NCBI GenBank assembly: GCA_001938485.1
Contig: MQRK01233142.1
Coordinates: 4,321 to 68,320 of the forward strand
Length of the DNA: 64,000 nt
Source: Girardia tigrina
Taxonomy: Eukaryota
Direction of reading: 5' to 3'
Both the position numbers and the translations under genes were made by a program. Below, piece by piece: positions 12,795-27,224 of this stretch. Within the stretch, counting starts at the first letter, position 1; every line of letters begins with the position of its first letter. The notes below the pieces were generated by a model, which ran no database searches, was not told the origin of the DNA, and saw nothing but the letters and a program-made list of their open reading frames with translations.

Positions 12795-13918
12795 TGTGAG
12801 GAAATTTTGGTGTGTTGATGTTTTTGTGTAGTGTTTGCTTGTTTAAATGTTGTGTGTTGATTTGTGATTGTGTCTCTCCTAATGAGATGCATGATTAAAA
12901 TTTTAATTCTTATAATCTCAAACTAATTTATTAAAATTTAGATTAATGTTCAAAATTTTAATTTTCATTATTGTAAATGTGAATAAATTAGTTTCAGATT
13001 ATAAGAATTAAAATATTAATTATAAAAAAATAAAGGCTTCGTCCCTCAATGTACCGGGATGTGAATACTTTATTTTTTTCTTTAGTAAATAAAAATAAAC
13101 GTAACCAGGTTAATCGAACTCGGTATTAGTTGGATGAACCTGTTTAGCTTGAATGAATAAAAAAAATATTAATTCAACAAGTAGATGAACTCGAATCTCG
13201 TTTAACTAATCAACTAATTAATAGTAATTAATATAACAGTTACTCACAATCGGATACTTGATATTGATATAGATTTAACCACAAATGCAGTAAATGTAAG
13301 GTCTAGTCTTATTCAAAATAATAATTGTCAAAATCTTCGTAGGCGTAATAATTAGGAATCATAAATTTCTAATGATTTTTTTTAATTTAAATTTATATTT
13401 GTAATTATAATTGTCTATGGCAATTTGATTATGATAAATTATTATTTGAAATTGGGAAAAGAATGACGGGGGAATATAAATCACTGTCTTTCATCTCTTG
13501 ACTTACTACTTCTTTCTTCTTTCCGAATGTCTTTTTATTGTAACGCATAATTATAAAGAAAAATAAAAAATACAACAAAAAAATATATACGACATATAGA
13601 CACACATAAATCGTAAAAAAACAACAGACCAAGGAATAAATTATGAAAGATAATGGCCACAAAAAATGAATCCACACATAAAACATACTCATTCCCTACA
13701 CCAAAGATATATAAAAGAACAGCTACACAGACATTGAGAGAAATGTGATAACAAAAAACAAGAAGAGAACAGGACCACACATATAATGTGAAAGACATAC
13801 ATACAGAAATTCATCCAAGTAGAGAGCGTTCACACTATATTAATCATCTATCTGATTAGGTGAGACACAATCCCAAATCAACATACAACATTTAAACATG
13901 CAAACACTACACAAAAAA
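12795..13918. mobile_element. TIR element with TGTGAGG terminus (Ginger-like, non-autonomous?)
   Basis: Left end 12795-12890 is the inverted match of 13845-13918; the right tip is truncated. Confidence 0.6.
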
Positions 13919-16900
13919 TTGGTTGTTGCGATTAAAATTCCAAAAAGACGGTTAATAAAATGCAAACTTTCGGAAAGGATTAGTTGTATAGTAGGAAAGC
14001 ACAAAATGACACTTAATTACATAAATAATAATTAGTTTTTCATACAAAATTCATGTAATATTATTTTTATTTTTAAATTACTAAAACCAGAAATAATGGA
14101 TGCACTGAGGCTATCTCATGGTACGCTGATACATTCAATCTGAATCAGGGTAAATCCCGATTTCGTGGACGTCTGAAAGCCCTAGTTATGAAGAAAAAAC
14201 TAATGCTTCCCGTAGCTCGATGGTCATCAATCAGATATCATAGGACTCGTCTGTAGAGAGTCATTCCAAAGATAAATCGTTTCACCCAGTGTGACACTCT
14301 GTTTAGCAGCAAATCTCAATATTCGGCCGTTTTCAGAAATCTTGAATTTTGCTTTGAATTGCAGAGAGAGTTAAATTCGTCCCAATCTAACTTCCAGACT
14401 TTACATTTTAATAATTGATCTGAATAGATAAGTCATCGGGGACTGTGGTGATTCCTTCACAACAGTCCTTTTTCTATGTAACTCAACAACGGTAGCTTAC
14501 AGTGTCAATGTATCGTTGTTGTCGGAATCCATAAAAAATTGATATCTGAATACAAAAATGTGAATATTGAATATTTATCAATAAATTGAATTTATACTTT
14601 CTATATTTCCTCGAGTAACTCCGGGGAGTCATTTACTATTGTATAGAATTTACAATATTTTTACTGCAATAAATAGATATTTTTTTATAGCATTAATATT
14701 TGGAAATTTTAGTTTCGTAAAAGTTTATGGAAAATTTTTTGAAATATTAATTAAATTGTTAATATTTAAAATTTATTAACGTTTTATCTTTTCATTTTAA
14801 GTATTTTTAATTTGAGAAAGCCTTTTTTCACATGTTAAATTTTTTAACTCTTTCAAGCCGGTTGGTACACTTTTCTACTACTTATATGTAACATATTAAG
14901 CGGTGGTTCATATTTATGTATCACAATTTTAAATTATTTTTCCACCTGATCAGTAACTCAGAAAATGTAAAATTTATTGACAAATTTAAGTATTTAAGTC
15001 GATAAATAAATACATACTTAATAAATACATTTTTGCCCTTCTAGAGTTTTTTACGACTATAATTTTTGCTGCTGAAAGACTTACAAAATAAAATTTTCTT
15101 TCATAATAGTTTTGTAAATTAAATTTTAAAAGTATTAATTTTTTAAAAGTTATATTAAATTTTTTGTTTGTTCTTAATACAAAATATCGATTTAAAATTT
15201 CGTAAGTTTTTTGTTCTAATAATGGACGAACCTATGTAAGACGTTCTATTGAGAACGAAAAATGTTACGGTATTAAGACTACTAGGAAGAAGGAAGACAA
15301 TTCAACAATTACAAGAAGTATTCAGGAACGAACCATCGATACGAAAGTTTCAACGAATCTCTCGGAAACGATCTCCCAAGAAGTCTTAAATTTCCGTTTA
15401 ACAGTCCCTCCGCTGGTTGTTCAAAATCCACGGGAACGGTGAAAGGAATGCTAAATCATGCAACATCCGAACATGGTTGGTCGTTTTTTACAGGGGGTCC
15501 GAAGAGACATCGTAAGCGGAAAGCTGAAAACCTCGTAGGAGGACTATCGGGGGCTGGTAGTACTTAAGAGATCGGAGGCGCACAGTATTAAGATATAATT
15601 ACTAAAAAACAATTATTGAAAATTCCCCCCAAAAAATAATTAAAAATATGGACCTGAATTTTAAAAACAGAGCTTTTCTAATTTGATTTTATATTACTTG
15701 ATTATAAAAATTATGAAACAGTCTTACTAAATAGCGTCATTCATTTGTTGTTAATAGTTGATGTGAGACATGCAATGATATGATACTTTATTAGCAATAA
15801 TTAATAACTTATTTATTGAGCCATGGTAGGCAGAACAAATACTTAAGTCTTATTCAGACTTTTGAAGAGCATCAATCAAAATTATTTTACGTACCCCTAA
15901 ACTGCGATAGTTTGACTGTCCGTATATAAATGACGAGGAAAAAATCTCTATTAGAATATCGAAATTAGAAAATATATATTTAATCTACTCTGATTTATTT
16001 TATTTTTATCGCTTATTTTAGCTTTAAAATCTATATCGGTATTTACTCACAGGTGTGTGTCAACCGGATACTAAAACAAAATAATGTTGTAGCGAAAAAT
16101 AAAGTAAGAGATAAAGTAAACGAAATCATTCAAATGAACATTTGATGTTTGACTTAAGTAATCAAATTCAAAATTCATTTGCTAATGTAGAACAAATAAT
16201 CATGTAAAACGAATATAAAAATTAGTGCTACATTTAAATTGTAAATCCAATTAGTCATGAGTAGAGAAAAGCATGACACGAAGTAAATTTATTTTTAAAC
16301 CGCCTAATAAAACTAGTTGCGAATAAACCAAAATCCCACTTCCTATGCCTTCAAGACATTCTCTGTCCTAGAAAGGATATTAATTGTCAACGATCAAGAC
16401 ATCGTTCTTCCTTTGCTCAATGATCCCCTCCTTATGAATCAAATATTGAGAAAGCAAATCTCTAGCGACATCTACTATCGATGTCCACGTTCTCCTTCTC
16501 CGCTCTCGTTTGCCTTGTATTCTGACCGGGACAGTCTCAGGTTTCTGTCCTGATAATTATCGATCAATTGATTGACTTGATTGTTGACCCGAATAAATTT
16601 ATCTCAGATTCAATTCCATAAGTTAACACTTTTCAGTTTCAGCATTCTCTAGTGATCCTTATCCGCTGATTATAGATTGCCACCCAATTTTGACCCAGTC
16701 TTCCAATCGGCCTCCTTGACGCAGCCCAATGATTCATCGCCAGCTCCAGTATTTCTCTAAACTTAATCAGATACAAAATAAATTCACTAACCCCAATACT
16801 ATCTATTACAAATTAATAATAAAATTTTGAAAAGTAATTTAGTAATAGTTGCAAATATTCTTTTATTTAAACGAATATCATACCAAATATTTAATTTCAC

Positions 16901-16949
16901 TCTTCCATGATCTCAAGATCAAATCTCATAGTTATCTATATGTTTAGAT

Positions 16950-17800
16950 TTCATCCGTACTCGCATCGTCTTTTCACAGAATCTTTTCTTCTGGTTCGTC
17001 CATTTTATAATCAGTTCCTATCTTGTGTGGTATCTGATATCAAGCTTCGTCATCACAGTTTGTGACGTAATCATCGAAACCAAACAAATAGATTCTTCAA
17101 TTTTTGTTACTCTGCTTATGTGGGATATGTGCCTTGTGATTCTATTGTCATCAAGCTCTACCCCAACTGCGAATTTCAATGATGTGATTACATGCCGCAC
17201 AGTCCATGGTTCATCGCATTTTCCATTGATTCTCAAATATACACGCTCAGCAATACTGAAAGGATTTTTCTCTATGTTGCTATAATCATCATTTCAGTTA
17301 GATTTTGAAACGAATTTATATTTCACTTGGCACTCATTTCGTATCAAAGGCAGTTGAAATTTTGCATGGAACATTAATTCATATAGCTCTACATCTCTAT
17401 GACCTGTTGTGCTAGTATTCTAAAACACACATTCAGTAATCGTCCTTTTAGATCTCACTGCAATTTTCTTTTTGATTCGGTGTTTTCTCTCGCACATCTA
17501 ATTTCTTTGATGTCGATAGACTGATGTAAAACCTTGTTCAATTTTTTATTTAATAGTCTCATTGTAGTGCTTCTGTATGTATCTCCCTTGCCAGATAAGA
17601 AACATTTAGGTAACCCAAATTCTGAAAATATTAAGCTCGGATTCAGAAGGGGGAGGTTAAAGGGGGTAAAAACTTCCCCTAGAATTTCAAATTTAAATAT
17701 AGAACAGTGCAGTGGGACTAAGGGCTTTGACAAAGAAGACTCAAATTTTATTGATTCCCAACGTTTTGTTGTTTAATTATAACTTTCTCAAGAGTTCAAT
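16950..17800 (-). mobile_element. Ty3/Gypsy integrase relic
   Basis: IFSEFGLPKCFLSGKGDTYRS (integrase core-like) and KCDEPWTVRHVITSLKFAVGVELDDNRITRHISHI (GPY/F-type C-terminus). Confidence 0.65.
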
Positions 17801-17965
17801 AATCTAATGAGCTATAAAGCCATATTCTACGAAAATTATTTTGTTTAGATACATTATTAGAAAATACACTAAAGATTTCATACCAAATGTTTACTCTTAC
17901 TTAAGTAAAAGCTCTCAATTCAGCTGAATGTTCAATGCTTTTCAACTCTTTTTATTAGCTTACTT

Positions 17966-18309
17966 TCTATATATATATATATGGAATTTGGAAACCTGTT
18001 TTTGAAGGCTTTACTCAATCGATTTTCTCCAATATTTGCACACTTACTAATTTTCGGTAGACAATAAATGATTATGTAAAAATTTGATCGAATAAAACTT
18101 TTCAAGACCCAAAATGGGAAAAAATGGAAAGTTCGGAGTTCCCGAACAATATTAATTTTAAAATATCTACTTATAAATTATAAGTAGTTTAAATTAATTT
18201 TTATTGTGTTTTTTAATTAAAATTTTAAATTTTAAAAACTTTAATGGCAAAGAAGAGTTCTGTCTGCATAAAGAATGGATATAAAAAATTTTACTTTTTG
18301 ATTTACTAG
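17966..18309 (+). mobile_element. Non-autonomous Helitron/DINE-1-like repeat, copy 1
   Basis: 5' TC(TA)n, internal ctcaatcgattttc, subterminal ggcaaagaagagttctgtc, 3' CTAG followed by T. Second copy at 24310-24671. Confidence 0.6.
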
Positions 18310-18995
18310 TTTATATATTAGGATGCAACAATGTTTCACTTAAATTTAAAGTTAATCTATGGATTATATGGTAAATATTTTTATGCTATTTCTGATTTAT
18401 ACTGACATGATAACAGCATTAAACTATTTACACATCACTTCTATTTACCCTGGCGCTATCTCTTTCTCTTATGTCAGGAGTCAGTCTTTTTTATGCAACT
18501 CGCATGTTCGCTTTGTTAGATTATCTGGGGTTGGATTTATATACAACCCTCTGGCGATACCTAACAAAGGACTTACTTAAAAATTATTGATATTAAATAA
18601 GGTTTTCAACTAATTAACTTCGATCAATTAACTCAATTCAATTTAGTATTAGTTTAATTAATTCAATTCAAATCAGAAGACAAGATAGTTTTAGTACAGT
18701 AAAATTTTAAATCTATAACAATTATAAATAATTTCTTCTTTACAATAAATTGCAGCAAAGGTTAAATTAAATATGTGAACCCCAAACTTATTCCCTATTT
18801 AAGTTAAAGGTCTGGTTCTCGTCCAGAGCCTTCAGTATTTTGAGTACGGGTTTATCCCAATTAAAAATAAATATAAAAATAAAATTTATTATGAATAATC
18901 AATATAAATAAGGTTTAAGGATTTTAAATATTTATGAATTATAATAACCTCAATGTCACTCGCAACAATTCAGTCTGTATAAATTTTCTCTTCAA

Positions 18996-19068
18996 CCTTT
19001 GAATAATAATTTTCGTCCAGCAATAGCCTTTGAATAATTTTCGTCCAGCAATAGCCTTTGAATAATTT
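18996..19068. repeat. 28-bp tandem repeat (cctttgaataattttcgtccagcaatag), about 2.5 units
   Basis: Directly visible. Confidence 0.85.
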
Positions 19069-20329
19069 GGTTGTGCGATTGATTGATTGATTAATTTGAT
19101 TTTTTGTGTGAATTTTAAAAATTCTCTCTCTCTTTTATATATATTTGATTTAACGTAGGTTTGAGCTTTAGCTTGAAGTAAAAACGTAGGTTTGAGCTTT
19201 AACCTTTTTTAATTTAAGACTTTTTCTTGACCTTTTAAACTTTATTTCTTTCTTCCTTCTTATAAATAATAATATTTTTCTTTTAAATATAAATAAAAAT
19301 ATTACGCTTGGTAGTAAATAATAATTCTTATTATTTACTAAAAATAACAAAATATAAAAAATATATTGTTAGCAAATTTAGCAAAATAATAAGCAATTAG
19401 CAATCAAAATAATAAACAAATTATAAACTATCAATCAAAATAATAAACAAATTAATAATTTATTTACATTCTCAACAGCTTTTTTTCGAATAGGATACAA
19501 AATTTTTCGTTTGATATTCGCGCTAAAAAGTCTGCTTTTTTAGTTCCCTCGCTAAACGTTTTTTTGTATTTTTTTTGTATTTGTTTTATTTTGTATTCGA
19601 AAATTTTTCAACTTTCTCAATTTTCAAAAATTTCCCTTTTTGATGTCTACACAATTCAAAACACACGTTTTAAAAAACTTTCGGTATATCTTTCTGTCTG
19701 TTGGTTAATAATATCAAAAAGTGATAATAAAATACTTTAATCGGACTCTATAATTTTATTTATCAAAAAATTACCTCGAAGGCTTGGCCCCTGGAGTTGT
19801 CAGTTGATAATTTTCCATCTTTAAACTTATCTTGTGGATAAGGGCAGCTCTTTGAACCCCTATAAAATTGATTTATGACTTTTTTAACTTGATCAAACTT
19901 GACATTGTTAACCCAATATCCTTTTTAGTAATTCATTCGTTCTAAGGACCCAAAAGTAATTGATATAATGCTTTTCTTTACTTCATCAACGCTCGGATTC
20001 AGAATCGCTTCAATAACATTGACGGAGACTTTTTTATTTAGCCACTGTTTCGAAACCCTGGTCAGACTTCTAACACATTAAAGTGGAATTTCATTAACTT
20101 CAGTACTACTTCCAGATTTTCCTTGCACTTAAATTCTATGATGATACCAAGAGTTCATCGAACTAGATGTTCAGATAAAAAGCAATTTCTGGAGTTTTGT
20201 GTGTTCTTTAATACTGACATTGGCGTGGTAATCATGTGAGAGGTGGTTGCAACATCGATATTCGAGTTCATTTTTTTAACACCAAAATTTATTTATATAA
20301 CAATTCACATATTTAAAACAAATTTTCCT

Positions 20330-20754
20330 GTTAATTTAATTACCTCGCCACAANNNNNNNNNNNNNNNNNNNNNNNNNNNNNNNNNNNNNNNNNNNNNNN
20401 NNNCTTATTAAAAATATTTTTATTTATAAATAAATATTTAATATTTTATAGTTTTCTTAACATTTTTAATTTTAAGATATTTAATAGATACATTAAAAGA
20501 TATTTTTATTTTTAAATAGATAATTAATTTTTTTATGGTTTTCTTTTACTATATTATTTTTAATTTTTTAAAATATTTGAAAACACATTAAAAAATATTT
20601 TATTTTTAAAAACGTTTTTGATTTTTTAATAGTTGTTTTATTATATCATTTTTAAATTTAAAATATTGAATAAGCATATTAACATTAAAATATTTTACCC
20701 TTTAAATTACAAAAATAATAAATTATTTTGGCGAGATAAAAATTTAAATTAACC
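20330..20754. mobile_element. AT-rich MITE with gttaatt...tcgcca TIRs
   Basis: gttaatttaattacctcgcca / tggcgagataaaaatttaaattaac; similar TIRs at 47364-47669. Confidence 0.5.
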
Positions 20755-20759
20755 CCTCA

Positions 20760-22200
20760 TAAGCCATATGTATACTGTTGCTGAGGCCCTCATCAGTTTG
20801 AACTTATGAAAGCCATAGATTAACGCCAAATTTATACCCCTTATGGTTGCATGAAATTCGCCATATTAATGTTGTTTATGTTGTCCTCTTTTCTTAGACA
20901 AGTATCATCATCAACAATATCACGTTTAACACATAGAATCACATCTTTTACTATACTACATATATCTAATCAAATAACCACATTATCACTAAAAATTACG
21001 ACCCACTTACCTGTCAGAATCTCTGTCAATCCTCAAACTCTGACTAATTTCACTGATTTTTCTTAATATCTCTTTAGACACTGCTTTATCTCAGCATATT
21101 TTGTGCGTTGATGTCAGTCTTTGAATGTAATGTAACTCTACTCTGTGAAGATTCCAATTACTTCTTGTCTCATCGAGATCTATGGTTACAAGCTCTTAGT
21201 TTCATTTCCACAGAAAATCGTTTTTCAAATCTATCCCAAGCACCTTTACATCATTATTTATGTCATTCCTTTCTATTGGTTTAGATTTCAACCCAAATTA
21301 TGGAAAGATTCTTGCCATCTAATTTGCCTTACAGACGATTTCTTCAATAAAAACATCATTAATAGATCCTGAGGCAGAAATCATTCGTTCTTTATTGGGT
21401 TCGTTCATCATTCAATAATTTCCGTCAAACTCCACTTTGATAATTTATGATATGGCTTCATTACCATAATATCTTAAGCATACATCATCATCACCTACCC
21501 GTATCTTCAATCATGTCTGAAAATAATATCTTTTCCCACGATTTTGCCGGCATCAGCAGGTTTTTACTTTAACAATTATCGCTTCAACAGGTCTCAGATA
21601 TATATCTTCAAGTAGTACCATGCATAGTAGCAATCTACCAACGATATCCACTTGATTGCCGTCAACTACTATATTATGTATGTTTTTAATCATGTCGATT
21701 GATGATCTTATGCATACTCTTCTGATAAGATTAGCACTGCTACCTGTATCGATCATCACCTTCATTTTTTACTCGTCGATTAACGCTTGTTGGATCAATA
21801 AATTCTGACTAATCACTGAAAAGAAGTACATTCATATCGATTAAAAATTTAAAAGTGATTAATGACCAATTTACTGATAAAGTTATCATCGGAGCATTTT
21901 GGCTTTTTAAATATGTAACTATTTTCAGTTGTTGCACTACCATCTCCTCAAACTGTTTCATGTTGTCCTAAATCCTTTATTAGAGAAAGGTTGGTTCTAG
22001 ATTCTCTTCCCCAGTGTCTTTTCAATTTTTGTAATTTTATTTAATATGCTTGACTTTACCTCATTTAAAGCATTTACACATACACATACTTTGGTGTTCA
22101 ACTCCACAATCTAGATGGTCAATCAGAATCCAATTATGACTCTTCGTCTGCGCAGTCAGTTACCAACTTCGGTTTGATCCAAACTACCTAACCCACCAAT
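20760..22200 (-). mobile_element. Ty3/Gypsy pol relic (aspartic protease + RT/RNase H remnants)
   Basis: KVMIDTGSSANLIR protease motif (21553..21765); RNase H-like DIVDDDTCLRKEDNINNINMA and IRGINLALIYGFHKFKL. Same strand as, and upstream of, the integrase relic. Confidence 0.7.
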
Positions 22201-23799
22201 CCCAGTAAACATTCACCTTGTTCCAAATCACCTTCCATTCCACTGACTCTGTACTGATCCACATCCGTAAAACTTTTACCAAGGGCCCCTTACTCGATTC
22301 GGTATAACTCGCAAAATACCGACGAGAAGATCTCTAGCTCGCCACCGAGAAAAATAAATGCAGGTCCATGACCGATATAACGCCGACTCAGCAGAAATTA
22401 TCCCCCGCTCAGAAAATTATAATCTCTCAGCCGATCTTGTTTTGCCAAGATAGCTTGTAGAAACAAGCGTTACACGAAATAAATTAACTTCAAATGAATA
22501 CACATTACCATAAAAGCCCAATAAAACAAATTTGGAATAAACCCAAATCACATCATGTTAAATACTGAAAAAAATATGATATTTATAGGGAAAATGAAGG
22601 ACACTTAAAGTCAAAAGATAAATTGTTTAACAATTAGTTGCTTCAAATCACCTAAAAGAAAAATTTGAAGAAAACCTCCTAGATTTCATCAAAGCAGCCC
22701 AGGAAACCTAAGTCTCCAAAACCGAGTAAATTTAAATCAGCCTAACAAGAGCCTCCTAAACTAGTAAAACGAAAAGACATGTCAAGAAATATGGATTATC
22801 CAGCAAACATGATTACTAATATTACAGAATAAACATATAGCCTCAGAGTCAAACTATATTAAACAATTATGTATTTTTAAATCTTTAATTTCAATCAAAA
22901 AAATAAAACATATTAATCGCAAAGCGATCTCAAAATCGAAAATTTTTAATTTGAAAATTATTTATTTGTATATTAAATTAATTAAACATTGGTTTTGACT
23001 AACCATAAAGAAGATTTAGGAAGGATATGAATGAAATGAATTATTAAACAGAAACAAAAAAGAGTATCAAAATAAACATTGCAAAACACGGCCGAATACT
23101 ATTCTAAATTCGTCCAATATGATTGGTTATTCGAGGAATTGTTTTCTAGGAATTTCCCGGACACAGTCCAATAATAGTTACATAACTATGATTGAGTTGC
23201 GAAATTCTATTCCTACATGTTGTGCTAATCCTTTGATAATATATCATATTGATAGTTTAATTCAAGGGCTTTCAAATCACTGTGCTGAATTTAAAAAATG
23301 TTTTTTTCCATTCTTTTTATTAGCTTACTTTCTATATGTTGGGTTCTTGATCGAGATTAAGACTCATTAACAACAAAATTTATTTCTAACACAATTAACA
23401 ATTATTCAAACAATTTTTAGTTAACATAAAAAATAACAATTTTTCGTCGAGGAACTTTTCTTCGTTTATTTTTGAACAGATTTTTATATAAAAAAATATG
23501 GAATTATAAATACTGATAAGCTATTTTAAAATTGAATTTTTTTTATTCTCTTTATTTTGAAAATTTACATTCCACTATTTTATGCAACTTAATTTAAATT
23601 AAAACCAACATAATTTATTGTAGTCATATTTTTACCAAATTAACCAAAATGATTTTTTTATTATTTTAGAATTAGTTTAATGTTGTTTTCTTTTGTTTGT
23701 GAAACGTTTTAATTAATAAAAGATTTTAACGTTTTATTTATTATCAATATTTCAGTTTAGAAGCATTTTTTACCTACAATTATTTTAAATACAATACAA

Positions 23800-24303
23800 A
23801 TTTTAAATACAAAAAAATAATTTACTGTATTTAAATTTTTATTATTATTACGATGCATTAATGATAAAAGTTTTAATCTTTATTTCTTTTTACGAAAACT
23901 GTTTAGAATTAAGTATTTGTCAAATCTTTAATTTGCAGAATTTCAAACTAACTTTAAAATTTAAAATTATTTGTTTTTTTTACTTTACAACTCAGGCAAC
24001 AATGTTCATTATTTTATTTTTTAGAATAACTTTTAAAATTAGTACAAACATAATTATCTTTGTCTTTATATATTTCTTTTAAATCAATTATTTAAAAATC
24101 CATTATTTCCCAATTAATTTCATTTTAAGTTTTTACTCTACAATTAAAATTTGATTATTTCCAAAGATAACTTTTTAAAATTAATTAAGATATATTTTTT
24201 TAATTATAATTGCTTAAAAAACTTTTGCTTTTAAATATTTCCTTATTTTAAAATTTCTTTATAAAAATTAATTGTTTCAAAAATTTTAAGAATGAGCCTG
24301 TCC
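23800..24303. repeat. AT-rich dispersed repeat (second copy about 49260-49656)
   Basis: Shared ttttaaatacaaaaaa, aatttgcagaatttc, ataactttt, aatgagc(c/t)tgt in the same order. Confidence 0.6.
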
Positions 24304-24309
24304 TTCACA

Positions 24310-24671
24310 CTATATATATATATGTGTGTGTGTATCCATGGAATTTAAAAACCTAATTTTGAAGGCTTTTTACTCAATCGATTTTCTTCAAACTTTGCAT
24401 GCTTACTCATTCTCGATGACAATAACTGATTATGTAAAAATGTGATCGAAAAAAAATTTTTTAAGATCCCAAAATTCGGAGTTCCCGAATAATATTAATT
24501 GTAAGATATCTACTTATAAATTATAAGTAGTTTATATTAATTTTTATTGTGATTTTTTAATTAAAATTTTTTAAATGTTAATTTTTTAAATTTTAAAAAC
24601 TTTGTTGGCAAAGAAGAGTTCTGTCTGCACAAAAAATGGATATAAAAATGTTAATTTTTTTCATTAACTAG
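24310..24671 (+). mobile_element. Non-autonomous Helitron/DINE-1-like repeat, copy 2
   Basis: Colinear homology with 17966-18309; ends in CTAG-T. Confidence 0.6.
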
Positions 24672-26009
24672 TTTACTTTTAAATTAAATAACAAATATTT
24701 TTTAATGTTGTTAAATTTGACTCAAGCGCTGCAGTTAAAAGTGTTCACCGACATACAACCAAGTGAACAAATTTCAAAATCACTGTTATAATAAACCCTT
24801 AATATTTTGAAAAATAATCCTGGTTTATTCAGTAATATTGAGGCACTCGTATCATATTATCAATATTCAGTTAAAACAAATACAAATACAGGTTGTCACA
24901 AGTTAAATGATGAGAAAAATAAACTTAAGATGTCAGAATAAATTAAAATTTATTTCTTTTTCTTTATTTTTACAAATATTTTATTAATACCGATTGTATT
25001 ATGGACTGGATAGGAAATTTTTATGTACAATTTTATGATAATGGGATAAAAAGACAAATAAAATTAGTAATAAAAAATAAAACAATTACTTGCTATGTAT
25101 ACGTACCTCAAAATCTGATTTTCCAACAGGAAATTTCTTTCCTTTATTTCTAAGTTCTAAAATACTTCAATTCCGGCTTAAAAATAGGAATCTGTTTCTA
25201 AACTTATTTTAATTCAATATGATGTGAAAAGTAGAAGAATAATGTTAATATTACTCTAATACATTCTGTATAGTTTTCATTTAACACACTGACCGTTTTT
25301 TATGATCAAATAATAAGCAAATTTAAAAAATAACCTTCATTAGATTAAATAATATAACTGATAATATTACAGGAAGTCTTCATTAAAAATTTTTGAGTAT
25401 GCTAACGAAGTATTTTGATTTGTTTAACTCTTAGATGCATTTTGTTGCCAATTGTATATATTCTCAGTTTCACTTAACTTAATTCAAACACCTTGACGTA
25501 TGCGTTACAGAACGCATATTAATAAGCACTGACAATATGTCACATGTCGATAAAAATATTTGACATTACTTTTGGAGGTTACTTAAAGTTTTTTATTGTG
25601 ATTAGTAATATAGTTTAGTTTAAATTTATAATTTAAAACAAAAAATTATGTATTTTAACGGTTAAGAGTATTATATGATGTATTTATGAAGTTCCAAGTC
25701 AACAACGTATAGTGATATAAAGATATCATATAGAGTCTTCAGTCATTTAGGCGTAAAATTAACAAGAAACAATAAAAGTATGAAAAGGATTAAAATTTAT
25801 GAAAATATTAACCAAGAAATATTTAAAAAATATACTATTTTTTATGTGAGTCTTGTAAAAATTTTTAAAATCCTATCTGCGTAATAAATATTAACAGCAA
25901 ATTTTTGATGAAAAATAATCAGTTTCAATAATATTCGCGGAGAATGAGACAAGATCGAAATGGTTTTTATGACAGGAAAAAAGACTTAGAAACAAAAATG
26001 GACATAGAA

Positions 26010-26430
26010 CAGTTTTGAAAGTTCTATCCATTAACCAGTGAGGTGTTGTTTTTAACATTGTGAGATTGTAAGGTGTTCCAAAGTTTAAAATTCTGTTATT
26101 TTGTCGTAACTTGAATCAAACAGAAGGAAATCTTGGTCACTGTACTTTTTTTTAAACAATCTGGAGTAACGATTTCATTTTCGAAGTAATAAGAAATGGA
26201 TTATTGAAAACTAGAAGACAACGACTTAGATTGCAAAACAAATGACTAAATGTGTGCAACTTGGGTCTTGCATTTTCAAAAATTGACAAACATTGGCTAA
26301 TAATTATCTTGGGTGTCCCTTCAGTTTCTTCTGCAAGTCTTTTAATTTTTCAAACAATTGTAATTAATTTCTGTTGTGCTGCATCTGGACCATGTAAATG
26401 ATCGCTGAACCTTTTAACAACTTCTCCACG
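26010..26430 (-). mobile_element. Mutator-like (MULE) transposase relic
   Basis: DHLHGPDAAQ...KIKRLAEETEGTPKIIISQC and RILNFGTPYNLTMLKTTPHWLMDRTFKTV (resembling the WFMDGTFK first catalytic Asp motif). Confidence 0.75.
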
Positions 26431-27224
26431 AATTTTAGTAATCACATTTATTATTTATTATAATTATTTTTTTATATTTATTAATAATTATTAATAGTCA
26501 TTTTATTTTACCAATTTTATCATGACATTAAGAAGATATTTAGAAGATATAAATAAAAATTATATTTCAATTTAGAAGATTTTTTGAAAATATATATTTA
26601 AACAGCTTTGTTTTGTGTATTAAAAATATTGACATTATTTTGAAATTTTTTTAATAATTCTTGACATGACATTTACAAGATATTTATAAAATATTAGAAG
26701 CAAAATTTGGAGTTGCTTTGTGTCCATTTGCCAAGAATAATACACAGCGTATAAAAAATATAGAAAAATAAGTTTATTTTGGCCTGCGGTTTTTTCTTAG
26801 AATTGATCTACATAAGCAGGATTTAATGTAATCTTTCAAAGAATGTAGTTTAAGTATGCTAAATAATAATTGATTCTAATAAATGTTTAATAAAGAGTGA
26901 TTATATAGTGATTGTTTTTGACCGGGTGGTTTTTGTAAATTTAAATAGAAATATTATTTATTTTTGAAATTAAATATATAAATAACATTGTTTTGATATC
27001 ATTTTAAAAATTATATATATATTAATAATCATGACTATAAGAAGATATTTAAGACATTTTTACGTTGATTTATGTCCATTTGTAAATGGAAAAAAACAAT
27101 ATATTTTATAAATAACACAATGACTCATTACACTATCTGTAATTGCTTACTTATCAGAGTTGCCAGTGATACTTTATAGATTAAACTGTCCCGGTGATAA
27201 AAAGTTAAGAAAATTAAGGCTCTA

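Noticed and set aside
13429-13798. Hydrophobic membrane-protein-like ORFs
   Set aside because: Reverse reading of A/C-rich low-complexity sequence inside a TIR element.
18996-19068. Direct repeats resembling a CRISPR array
   Set aside because: Head-to-tail tandem units with no unique spacers, no cas genes, eukaryotic context.
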